Shown: positions 40,163 through 51,549 of the stretch, in pieces | Layout: the number at the start of each line of letters is the position of its first letter | Position numbering within the stretch: the first letter of the stretch is position 1 | Notes under the pieces: generated by a model | What the model was told of the DNA's origin: nothing | Databases searched by the model: none | Seen by the model: the letters and a program-made list of their open reading frames with translations, nothing else | Translations under genes and position numbers: made by a program | Source: Macrostomum lignano | Lineage: Eukaryota | DNA: 64,000 bases | Reading direction: 5' to 3' | Assembly (NCBI GenBank): GCA_002269645.1 | Contig: NIVC01000283.1 | Location: forward strand, 372,001-436,000

Positions 40163-40320
40163 ACGAATTTCTAGGAATTTTAAGACGATTTTCTAGGAAT
40201 TGATGGGCGATTTCTAAGAATCGATAGGCGATTTCTAGGAATTGATAGGCCATTTTCTAGGAATTGATAACTGATTTTTTAGGAGTTTTTAAACGAATTT
40301 CTAGGAATTTTTAGGCGATA
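40163..40320. repeat. Degenerate ~21-bp repeat (GATTTCTAGGAATTGATAGGC-like) in intron 3
   Basis: About 7 diverged copies. Confidence 0.7.
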
Positions 40321-40379
40321 GTATTAGAATAAATTCGATTTTGACTAAACACATGAGAACAATATGAAACGCAACTCAC

Positions 40380-40567
40380 AGCCGATGCAAGCATCCTCAG
40401 AGATGCTAGTTAGGTAGGCCTGTTCTCTTTGCTCGATAGCTTTCAGAGCGCTCTGTCTGTGCTTATTGTATAGGCCTTCCTCTTTCAGACTGTTAGTGAA
40501 GATGCGATAAGACTGCAGGCGCTTGGCACATACTGGGCACAGCTTCAGGAACAGCTCGATCACCGAC
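40380..40567 (-). CDS. HHCC-hAT chimeric gene, exon 3: CxxC half of the HHCC motif
   Basis: Acceptor ttgtcag|40567 (phase 2); SVIELFLKLCPVCAKR..; donor T|GTGAGT at 40379. Confidence 0.85.
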
Positions 40568-40635
40568 CTGACAACAGTTGTTGGGAGGTCCTGCGGCTGT
40601 CAATGCTCGAATGGCTCGCTGCCCCCCTCTCGTCC

Positions 40636-41999
40636 CAGATCCCTCACTGATTTCCCCAACCTGCAGATCCCTCACTGATTTCCCCATACTGCAGATCCCT
40701 CACTGATTTCCCCAACCTGCAGATCCCTCACTGATTTCCCCAACCTGCAGATCCCTCACTGATTTCCCCAACCTGCAGATCCCTCACTGATTTCCCCATA
40801 CTGCAGATCCCTCACTGAGTCTCCCCATACTGCAGATCCCTCACTGAGTCTCCCCAACCTGCAGATCCCTCACTGATTTCCCCATCCTGCAGATCCCTCA
40901 CTGAGTCTCCCCATACTGCAGATCCCTCACTGAGTCTCCCCATACTGCAGATCCCTCACTGAGTCTCCACATACTGCAGATCCCTCACTGAGTCTCCCCA
41001 ACCTGCAGATCCCTCACTGATTTCCCTATCCTGCAGATCCCTCACTGATTTCCCCATACTGCAGATCCCTCACTGAGTCTCCCCATACTGCAGATCCCTC
41101 ACTGAGTCTCCCCAACCTGCAGATCCCTCACTGATTTCCCCATCCTGCAGATCCCTCACTGAGTCTCCCCAACCTGCAGATCCCTCACTGATTTCCCCAT
41201 CCTGCAGATCCCTCACTGATTTCCCCATACTGCAGATCCCTCACTGAGTCTCCCCATACTGCAGATCCTTCACTGAGTCTCCCCAACCTGCAGATCCCTC
41301 ACTGATTTCCCCATCCTGCAGATCCCTCACTGAGTCTCCCCAACCTGCAGATCCCTCACTGATTTCCCCATCCTGCAGATCCCTCACTGAGTCTCCCCAT
41401 ACTGCAGATCCCTCACTGAGTCTCCCCATACTGCAGATCCCTCACTGATTTCCCCATCCTGCAGATCCCTCACTGAGTCTCCCCATACTGCAGATCCCTC
41501 ACTGAGTCTCCACATACTGCAGATCCCTCACTGAGTCTCCCCATACTGCAGATCCCTCACTGAGTCTCCACATACTGCAGATCCCTCACTGATTTCCCCA
41601 TACTGCAGATCCCTCACTGAGTCTCCCCATACTGCAGATCCTTCACTGAGTCTCCCCAACCTGCAGATCCCTCACTGATTTCCCCATCCTGCAGATCCCT
41701 CACTGAGTCTCCCCAACCTGCAGATCCCTCACTGATTTCCCCATCCTGCAGATCCCTCACTGAGTCTCCCCATACTGCAGATCCCTCACTGAGTCTCCCC
41801 ATACTGCAGATCCCTCACTGATTTCCCCATCCTGCAGATCCCTCACTGAGTCTCCCCATACTGCAGATCCCTCACTGAGTCTCCACATACTGCAGATCCC
41901 TCACTGAGTCTCCCCATACTGCAGATCCCTCACTGAGTCTCCACATACTGCAGATCCCTCACTGAGTTTCCCCATACTGCAGATCCCTCACTGAGTCTC
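40636..41999. repeat. 29-bp minisatellite (CTGCAGATCCCTCACTGAGTCTCCCCATA)n in intron 2
   Basis: About 47 copies. Confidence 0.96.
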
Positions 42000-42026
42000 C
42001 GCTGCCCCTCCCACCCAAGCACAAAC

Positions 42027-42223
42027 CTGGGGATCTTGTGATACTGCTCGCCCAGAGAAGTCTGCGTCTTCTTAATGCCGCAATGAATGCCGTCCTGAAT
42101 GTGGTAGGCGCTCAGAATATCGTAGAAGCGCTCAACAGTGGCCACGCGTTTGAATACGTTGCTGTCGCCTTCTTTGCGAGAGCACACCAGGATCTCTCGC
42201 ATGCCGCCGCCTGCGCTGGGCAC
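42027..42223 (-). CDS. HHCC-hAT chimeric gene, exon 2: HxxxxxH half of the integrase-type zinc-binding domain
   Basis: Acceptor ctaatccccataaaccag|42223; KRVATVERFYDILSAYHIQDGIHCGIKKTQTSLGEQYHKIPR; donor AG|GTTTGT at 42026. Confidence 0.85.
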
Positions 42224-42314
42224 CTGGTTTATGGGGATTAGTGTAGATTAGGAGAAGCAAATGTTGGAAACTAAACTGAAGAGGACTCATAGGGTGGATT
42301 ATTAAGTGGCGTCT

Positions 42315-43598
42315 AGTTCTTACGGTGGATTAAAGGGCGATTCTCATAGAGTGGATTAAAGGGCGATTCTCAAAGAGTGGATTAAAGGCCGATTCTCATA
42401 GAGTGGATTAAAGGGCGATTCTTATAGAGTGGATTAAAGGGAGATTCTCAGAGAGAATGGATTAAAGGGCAATTATCATAGAGTGGATTAAAGGGCAATT
42501 ATCATAGAGTGGATTCAAGGGAGATTCTCATAGAGTGGATTCAAGGGAGATTCTCAGAGAGTGGATTCAAGGGAGATTCTCAGAGAGAGTGGATTAAAGG
42601 GCGATTCTCATAGAGTGGATTTAAGGGCGATTCTCATAGAGTGGATTAAAGGGCGATTCTCATAGAGTGGATTAAAGGCCGATTCTCATAGAGTGGATTA
42701 AAGGGCGATTCTCATAGAGTGGATTAAAGGGCGATTCTCATAGAGTGGATTAAAGGGCGATTCTCAAAGAGTGGATTAAAGGCCGATTCTCATAGAGTGG
42801 ATTAAAGGGCGATTCTTATAGAGTGTATTAAAGGGAGATTCTTATAGAGTGTATTAAAGGGCGATTCTCATAGAGTGGATTAAAGGGCGATTCTCATAGA
42901 GTGGATTAAAGGGCGATTCTCATAGAGTGGATTAAAGGGCGATTCTCATAGAGTGGATTAAAGGGCGATTCTCATAGAGTGGATTAAAGGGCGATTCTCA
43001 TAGAGTGGATTCAAGGGAGATTCTCAGAGAGAGTGGATTAAAGAGCGATTCTCATAGAGTGGATTAAAGGGAGATTCTCATAGAGTGGATTAAAGGGTGA
43101 TTATCATAGAGTGGATTAAAGGGCGATTCTAATAGAGTGGATTCAAGGGCGATTCTCATAGAGTGGATTAAAGGGCGATTCTCAGAGTGGATTAAAGGGT
43201 GATTCTTAGAGAGAGTGGAGTAAAGGGCGATTCTCAAAGAGTGGATTAAAGGCCGATTCTCATAGAGTGGATTAAAGGGCGATTCTTATAGAGTGTATTA
43301 AAGGGAGATTCTTATAGAGTGTATTAAAGGGCGATTCTCATAGAGTGGATTAAAGGGCGATTCTCATAGAGTGGATTAAAGGGAGATTCTCATAGAGTGG
43401 ATTAAATGGCAATTATCATAGAGTGGATTAAAGAGCGATTCTCATAGAGTGGATTAAAGGGCGATTCTCATAGAGTGGATTAAAGGGCGATTCTAATAGA
43501 GTGGATTCAAGGGCGAATCTCATAGTGGATTAAAGCGCGATTCTCAGAGTGGATTAAAGGGTGATTCTTAGAGAGAGTGGATTAAATGGCGATTCTCA
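42315..43598. repeat. 26-bp minisatellite (GATTCTCATAGAGTGGATTAAAGGGC)n in intron 1
   Basis: About 49 copies. Confidence 0.96.
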
Positions 43599-43685
43599 TT
43601 TTAATAAGACGTCTAAATTTAGGGATTAAAGATTTGATTATGAAAGACGAACAAAAACTATAAAAGAAAATTTACAGTCACTAAC

Positions 43686-44360
43686 CTGTAAAATTCTGAA
43701 CTGCTTTTTCCTCACAAACAGCCTAAAGGCGGAGTCCTGCTCAGTTCTTGGATCTTTCAGGAAGCTGATAATCCTATCGGCAAATTCCTGGCGAATTTCG
43801 CCGCCAATCGATCGGCTGGTGGGCGGGTAGTGATTGATCAGGTGGGTGTTGAACTCCTCGCGATCTGGCAGCAGCGGCGTGTTGGCAGGCGGCGGGTCCA
43901 AGTCTTCGCCACTCAACAGGGCGCTTGGAACCGTGATGACGTCTTCATCAACTATTGGCGGAGAAGCCAGCATCTGCTGCTGCTGATGATGATGCTGATG
44001 ATGCATCAGGTGGCTGCCGCCGCCAAAGCCAGTCAGGTAGACTGAGTGCGGCTGTACACCTGTAGGCACTTTAGCGATTGGACCAGAACCGGAGCCGCTA
44101 GCGCTGGAAATGCTGACTGAAACTGTTGGTCGGACAACAATGTGCTGCTGCTGCTGATGCTGCTGGTGGTGGTGCTGGTCCAGCTGGTGAGACAGATCAT
44201 GCGAAGTTGAAACTTCGATAGAGTTTAAAACGGCTGGGGGCTCATCGTTAGGGCCGCCAACAACTGATCCGCTGGCGCTGCCGAGGCTGCCACCGCGGGA
44301 CAACGGGAGCTGCAGGTATTGCATCTCCGACATGGCGACGGCTTCGAAGGAGCGCTTCAT
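43686..44360 (-). CDS. HHCC-hAT chimeric gene, exon 1: His/Gln/Ser-rich N-terminus + start of NOL4-like domain
   Basis: ATG at 44360 with an in-frame TAA 8 codons upstream; ends ..FADRIISFLKDPRTEQDSAFRLFVRKKQFRILQ; donor CAG|GTTAGT at 43685. Confidence 0.82.
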
Positions 44361-44753
44361 TCTTGCTAGACTTTCACAAACTTAAAAACACAAAGATAAA
44401 CCAATTCAAATCGAGAGTTAAATTGTGAACAATTAAAGCAGGAATTGGTAAATTTTCATGTTATTACCCATACGCAAAATAACTGCAACATGATTGTAGG
44501 CACACTGATACACAACTTTCAGCAATATTTTCCTGTCAACAACTGAAAAAACCAGCGAAGTGTCCCTATTGTAGCTAAGGCTTAAATCATACTAGACTGT
44601 TATTTAAGTCTGCCCAAATTCAATTCAAAAGTGCCCCTATTGGATAAGAATCACCAAAACCCGCGGACACCGCACAGGGGTTACTTCAGAGGGGCGCGCC
44701 TGTGCAGCCCTATCAAAATAAGTGGCTTGGACACCTCCTGTGCAAAAGACTGA

Positions 44754-44802
44754 AGTAACTATAACTGTCTTTTTAGGGCTAAATGCCTTGTCATCTAATT
44801 AG
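44754..44802 (+). other. 49-bp degenerate LSU (28S) rRNA-like fragment (R2/I-PpoI target region)
   Basis: 39/49 ungapped identity to the conserved 28S sequence AGTAACTATGACTCTCTTAAGGTAGCCAAATGCCTCGTCATCTAATTAG, as recalled from memory. Confidence 0.6.
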
Positions 44803-47530
44803 CACTACCTTTATATTTTTGGGTAGGCATTTTTGCAACTTATCCACAGTCCACCACAATTTATGGTGGCCAGATTAGCTAGGTTGGCCAGTGCTCAGTT
44901 GCACATGTATGATTTCTAGAAATCATTAACATAGTTTAACAAATTTTGTTGCAGGTAATAATTGCACTATATTTACGTTTGTAAATAATGATAAATTTTG
45001 GTAGCTAAGTATTTATTGCATGAGATAAAAGTAATTAATAAACAATAGAAAACTATTTGGCCAAGAATGTTGAATGTTAGGCCTTTGAATTACACTTTTC
45101 TAGTTTTCTACATTTGCCTATTCATTTTGTAAGTGAAGCATAGGCCATGAACTCATGCATGCCTACATACCTACATATGAGTATAATGTACATGCAGACA
45201 TACCTATAAGTGCACCCACCACCTGCCCTTTCTTAGGCGCAATGGACAGGCATATGCAAAATAAAGACTTGTTCCAATAGGGAAAAGTGCAGTAAAAAAG
45301 CTAGCCCTCTTTTTGTAGATACTTGAGCTTTGGCAAACTGCGTGCATCAAACAACTTTCCACAAAAGTGCTTAGCTACAATAAGGCTAAATAGCTAATTC
45401 TGCCTATTTTGCTTACTTTTAAGCAAATAAAAATATATCAATGTTAAGGAATTTTATATAATATATATCTAAATAAATCTGTCTATAAGGCTGTCCTTCA
45501 GCTATGAATCAGAAAAATTCTTTATGTTTCAAAACTTGTTATAATATATTATAATGTATTATAATGTGAAAAAGCTATTATTAGACAATAGTCTATAGCC
45601 AAAATGTTTATTTTTTACTTAAATTAGTGCATATACTAATAATGAGTAAGTATGAATTTAGACTTATTATTCCATATCATTCTAAGGCTGTAGATGCTTA
45701 GATGACCATCACTATAAATAAAAAGTATAACTTGGGATTGTTCTGCTCACTGTATAAAAAAGCATTATATGCTAATGGACTAATACTTTAATCAGATGCC
45801 TATAGCTATGTTGGCTGAATATTTTATCTATTACTAGTAGATAGTAGTGATTTATCACTTTTCTAATCTATAGTTTTGTGTTATTAAAAATATTATAACT
45901 ATACTTTAGGCTGTTTTGGCTAGGCCTATAGACTATGCTATTGACATTTTAAGATCAAGATCAAATATATTTTATAATAAGTTTTAAAATAAAAAATATT
46001 GCTGAATCAGACTTGTCTTTTAAAAGTAGTTATTACTTAAACATCTCATAAATTAATTTTATATCTAAAGCCAAAATAAATTAATAAACAAAGACAAAGT
46101 AAAAAACTTGACAATTGCAAAATTTTTAAGTCTAACTCTAACATTGATATACATAATTGGTATATAAAAATGGCCAACCAATGTAAGGTTTGGTATTAAA
46201 CTGTATAACAAAATTTGAATCAAAGAAGAATCTTAAAATAATAACAACTAAAATGGAATTAGCATAAAACCTGCTAAGAAAATGAAAGTAAAACAAACAA
46301 AGAAATAAAATTAAATGCTTGCTATATCTAGACTATTGATAGGTACCAGCCACTGTATTATTTGTTCTAGAATATGCATATCCAATGCTCATGGAATATA
46401 TATATATATATGAATATAATATATCTTAAAAGTTCTTTTAAATGTAATTAAATGTATATTAAAAGTTTTGTGATTTTTATATAAAAAATAATAAGATTTA
46501 AATAATGCTTTATAGAAAAATAAACGAAGGTAAAGCTATAGTCAAGGTCCTAGGATAGGATACTAATTTAATACATAGGACTAGCTTAGTATGTATAGCT
46601 AGTTTAGCTTAGCTTAGTTAAATAGACCTTACTTTAACAGATTATGGGTATGGCCTAGTCTCCATTAAAGAGGTTAATAGAATAAAACATCAAAACGGAC
46701 ATAACATAATATGTCTGACTTATTTAACACCAATTATAAAAAGATCTAATTGCAACTTGCAAGTTAGCCTACTTAATTAACTTAATAAGAAAAGAAAAAC
46801 TTAGAGGCCTATTAAGCCTAGGCCTGCTATACTATTTTAGTAATTAAATAATCCAAGTATAAGTCAGGACATATTCTTGTAAATTACGTATGGATTCAAT
46901 TTAAACAGCAAATAATTAGTGAATACAATAAACTAGGCGGGCCCGGGGGGCGACTTTGCACTTTGAAATCTGTTACTTTCGCAGAAAATGGAAATTCTGG
47001 AATTATAGCCCTTGAGTGGATCAAAGCAGAAATGAATTTGGTCAGACATTTTTATTTGACAAAAAACAAACTTTTAGCTGTTCCGCTATATTTATATCTG
47101 TGGTTTTGTTTATTATTAACTTTTATTTATTATATAGCGAAATTCCTAATCTTAATTAATTACTAATTCAACAACTTTTGAACGTGTGTTTTAATACGTA
47201 CTTTCCGGAGCTTTTAGTAAATCGTCCTGTATCTGCATGAAAAATGATTCCTACTACTACTAAAAACCAGGGATAGCATTGCAGAGCAGTTATTATTTTG
47301 TATTATAACCGAGTAATACTGGTAGGCAAACCGGCAAACGGAAAAGTTATTGGGAAAATTTAATTTTTTTGGCTAGTCTACACCTTAGGCCCATAATAAA
47401 GGCAATTGTTATTGTTACGGTGACGTGACCGTATAAATAACAAAACGGTTAAGATCAGCACATCAGCAGTTCGAGACCTGCAGCAGCATCGGCTGCCGCA
47501 GCAGCAGCGGTCAACGACCTTGGTCAGCAG

Positions 47531-48580
47531 ATGCCGCGGCGAAGTGCGAGAAGCGAAGTGTCCGAAGACCCGCCAGACGAGCTTCTGCCAGGTTTGGACG
47601 ACCTCGGCCAGAACATCAGGCCCCAGGATGTGAGAACGATGATGGCATCTCTGCAGCAGCAGATGGAGCGGCCGGTAAGAAAGTCTGTTAAGATTGTAAA
47701 GTACACGCCCAGCCAGGACATCCATGTCTGGCTCGCCGCGTTCGAGCAACGCTGCGAGATGGAGCGCATCGAAGATCCGATCGAGATGAAGCAGCACCTC
47801 GTTGCGAGTCTAGACCTGGCGACTGCTTAGCCGGCTCTGCTCAGTATGCACCTCCCACGCTATGCTGGCTACGAGGAGGTCAAGCAGCGATTGATCGAGA
47901 GATTCGCCCGCCACGGTGGCGCTGATGAATATCGAGAGCTGCTGAGGCGCCGTCAGAAAGGCAAGAATGAGTCAGCGGAAGAGTACGCTGACGCCCTGCG
48001 CACCTTGGGAGAGCGAGCGTACCCTCGAATGCACCCTGAGGATCGAGAGCGGGAGCTGGCTGATCAGTTCCTAGCTGGCATCAGGACGACACCAGATCTG
48101 CGCGAGCGGCTCTATTGGGTCCGCCCGAACAATCTGCTGGCCGCTATTCGAGAACTACATCGTCTGGAAGGCGCTAAAGAACTGGCGCAGCGCTCTGCTC
48201 AACCCCCGGTTCGCATGCTGAACGGGGAGCGCGACGGTGACCCGACGCCCGACGCCACCGCTCAAGCTCTCCTGGCTCTGACTGATCTGCTAGAGAAACA
48301 GCAGCGACTGCTAGACAACCTGGTGCAGCGTGACCAGCAGCAGAAGACGAGTCCGCCTGCGAAAGCCATGATCTGCTATGGCTGCGGTCAGCCTGGTCAT
48401 CGCAATGCACAGTGCCCGCTACGCCAGAACCAGGGAAACGGCGAGACGGAGAGCGCCCCCGGCAACGCCCTCCGCAGAGCCCAAGCCCCGGCTACTTGGC
48501 AGACTCCGAACGCTCACCAGAAGAAGAGGATGTCGGCTGCGCAGGCGCCAATGCCCAGTCCGACAGTCGCTCATCAGTAA
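47531..48580 (+). pseudogene. Gypsy gag (one in-frame TAG at 47828-47830), with CCHC knuckle
   Basis: ORFs 47531-47830 and 47846-48580 share a frame; CYGCGQPGHRNAQC. Confidence 0.88.
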
Positions 48581-49875
48581 GTGAGGCTGAGTGCGGAGGT
48601 TTCGTGGACACCTCCGATGATCAAAAAATCCATGCGCGTGAGGCCGATCCGTACGTCACCGGCCGATTGGCGGGCCGAGAGGTTCCCCTCTTGCTAGACA
48701 GCGGCAGCCGGAAAAACTTTCTTGGAGCGTCGACCTGGGCCAATGTTAGACGTCGGATGCCTCGTTGTATCATATCGCATGCTATCCCAGATTGCGTGAC
48801 CATGTACGACGGTACGCAGCTACCCCTTGCGTGTAAGGTGATCATCCCGGTGGAGTTCGGTGATGTCGTCGCGGACACCGAATTCCTGGTCACGGTCACC
48901 GATTGTGAAAATTTGCTTGGTATTGATTTCATGCGTGAACACTGCCAAAACTTGGACTTTGCTCAAGGAATATTAAAGTTCAACAATGGCGCGTGCATTC
49001 CCGTTCGATATTCGCGCCGTGAGCTTCAATCATGCCGGGTGTACACCTCCGAGAAGTGCACTCTGCCGCCCAGAAGCTCAGCGCTGTTGGCCGTCCAGTT
49101 GGATGTCGGCCACCCCGAGAACCGAGGATCGCCATCAATCGTCGAGCTGGTGAAGTCGAGACTGCACCCCAGCTGCAACACTCTGGAAGCAGCTCCAGCT
49201 CTGATGACGATGCCTGAAGGTCGAGGCTACATCGAGGTCGTCAACACTGCTGACTGCGAGGTGTTCCTGCAGTCGGGCATCCGCGTTGGTGTTGCGACAC
49301 CACTTAGAACTGCCGACCTGATGTACCTGGAAGAGACGCCGGAACCTGAAGTACGACATTTGCCAAGGAGCCCTGAAGAGTCCAGCACAGCTTGGCTAGA
49401 GGAAGTCGAGATCAACAGCGAACTGTCCGAAGATCAACGACAGAGAGTGCGAGATCTACTAGTTGAGTGTCAAGCAGCCTTCTCGAAGCACCTGCTAGAC
49501 GCTGGCCTGACACACCTGGTGACCCACGAGATCATCCTGAAGGATCGGACACCAGTTGCGCTACCACCGCGCAGGATCCCGCCTCATCTGAAGGACAAGT
49601 TAGACGCCCTGCTAGACGAGATGCTGGCGAAGCACATCATTCGCCCAGCTTATTCTAGTTACAACTCGCCAATGCTGATAGTGCCCAAGGAGGACGGCAA
49701 GATCAGGCTGGTGCATGACTTCAGAGCTCTCAACGACAAGTGCGTGTACCACCCGTACCCGCTGCCGCACATTCAGGAGACCTTCGCGAAGCTGCGTGGT
49801 GCCTAGTGGTACTCTAGCTTGGATCTCGCTCAAGGATTCTGGCAGATCCCGCTGCGCGACTGCGATCAGCACCTC
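48433..49875 (+). pseudogene. Gypsy pol (aspartic protease + N-terminal RT), -1 frame to gag, TAG at 49804, truncated at about 49875
   Basis: LLDSGS protease; SPMLIVPKEDGKIRLVHDFRALN..YPLPHI..A*WYSSLDLAQGFWQIPL. YxDD, RNase H and integrase are absent. Confidence 0.9.
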
Positions 49876-50345
49876 AGCAATGCAAGATTGGAGACCTGCA
49901 CTAAAAAGCAACAGTCGTAAGGTCTGTGGAGCTGATTTTTTATATATACACAGATTTCAGATGGTAAATTGCGAAAATGAAATTTGTTAACAGTAGTTGT
50001 TGGGTATTTAATTCGTAGTTCCAGGGGCAGAACGATTTGGCCTGTATGCGAAATTCTGCAATTACTGACGTTTCAACATCACGCTATGCAAGATTAGAGA
50101 CGTGCACTGAAGCAACAGTAAGGTCTGTGAAGCTGATTTTTTTATATATAGACAGATTTCAGATGGTAAATTTTAGTTTCGAGTCAAAAATCGTTCTATT
50201 ACATTCAAGTTTTTTTGCAAAATTGATCTTTTTGTTATTTTTATCTTATCGGGAACTGGAACTGAAAAACCGGTCATGTTCGTTCACTTCATTTAGATGG
50301 TATTTGTTTTAAGTATTAACCGTAAAAATAACAGTCTCGCTCTTG

Positions 50346-50724
50346 GGTCTCCCTATAAAACACGCACCGCACCGCCCGCGCAGCGCTACACATTAAAACA
50401 AATTGGACTACAACTGAAGACATTTCAAAATGCGTTTTCTGTTAAGCATTAAGTTTTTATTAAATTTAGTTTTTTTACTTTGAAATATAAAATTCGGTGA
50501 ATAATAAGTGGTATTAATAATAATATTAATGAAAAATAATAAGATAATATAATAATGAAAACGAAAATATGAAAAATAATAATAATATTTAAAATAATAA
50601 TTAAAGTTATTTATTCCATTACTTTTACAACAAATAGTTTTCTTTGCAATCAAATACTGCATTGACAAAAAATGATATAATGTGTAGCGGTTCCGGGCGG
50701 TGCGGTGCGTGTTTTAGAGAGACC
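50346..50724. mobile_element. MITE-like element: ~48-bp GC-rich inverted repeats around an AT-rich core
   Basis: 50346-50395 ggtctccctataaaacacgcaccgcaccgccc..gctacacatta is the reverse complement (imperfect) of 50678-50724; no TSD found. Confidence 0.7.
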
Positions 50725-51549
50725 GGCCTCGGTATTTACACGGTCACCGTAACAGCCCATAATAAAGCCTCAATAATTGTTCAATATTATCATTAGGGCA
50801 ACACTCACCTAGGTTCAGATATAGTTAGCTAGCTTCTTAGAGCACGCTCTAACTTGGGTAGTCCGCTAGTAGTTAGAGCGTGCTCCCAGTAAAATGTCCC
50901 TGCAACAGCATACTCCCTGCATGCTGACAGCCAATGTAGTAATACGTGGAAAAGACCAATAATAATTTAAGTACATCCCTTTAAGTTTGTTGATTGTTTA
51001 TTTAACAGACTTAAATTAATAAAAAATAGGCCCAACCTAGCCGTCCTAGGCCTATCCTTATTTAATTAAGTCCTAATCCGAATGTGGAGTGGGGAGTTGG
51101 GGACTGATTATTGGCTTTATTGCCTATAGGCCCTAATTTTTCTATAACTTTTCTAGGGCAAATTTTGCTAGGCTAGCCTGGCTAGGGGCCTAGGGCCGGT
51201 CACCGATCACTTCGGCGACAGGTCACTTCGGCGACAGTCACTTCGGCGACAGGTCGTCACTTCGGCGACAGTCACTTCGGCGACACATTTGAATTGCTTT
51301 GGCGACAGACATACATTGCATAAGCAGTAACCCTACGCATTTGTTTCCCGATCGATATTTAGATTGATATTCGAAAATTAACAAAATCTCTGCTCTGCAA
51401 AAATATTTTAGAACGCCGTTTGACAGGAAAAAAGTGCAACTAGGTACATTGCAAAAATAAAGTTTCAGCTCGATCCGTCATTCTGGCTCGAAATGGCACC
51501 GATTTTCGATGTGCTCCTATTTAAAATACATGTGATTTTATAAGGCAGA

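Larger units (their letters stand above)
47413..50754 (+). mobile_element. Truncated Ty3/gypsy gag-pro-RT fragment bounded by inverted TGTTACGGTGAC...GTCACCGTAACA ends
   Basis: Gag, protease and N-terminal RT motifs inside; 12-bp perfect (about 22-bp imperfect) inverted termini; no direct LTR pair and no TSD seen. Confidence 0.7.
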
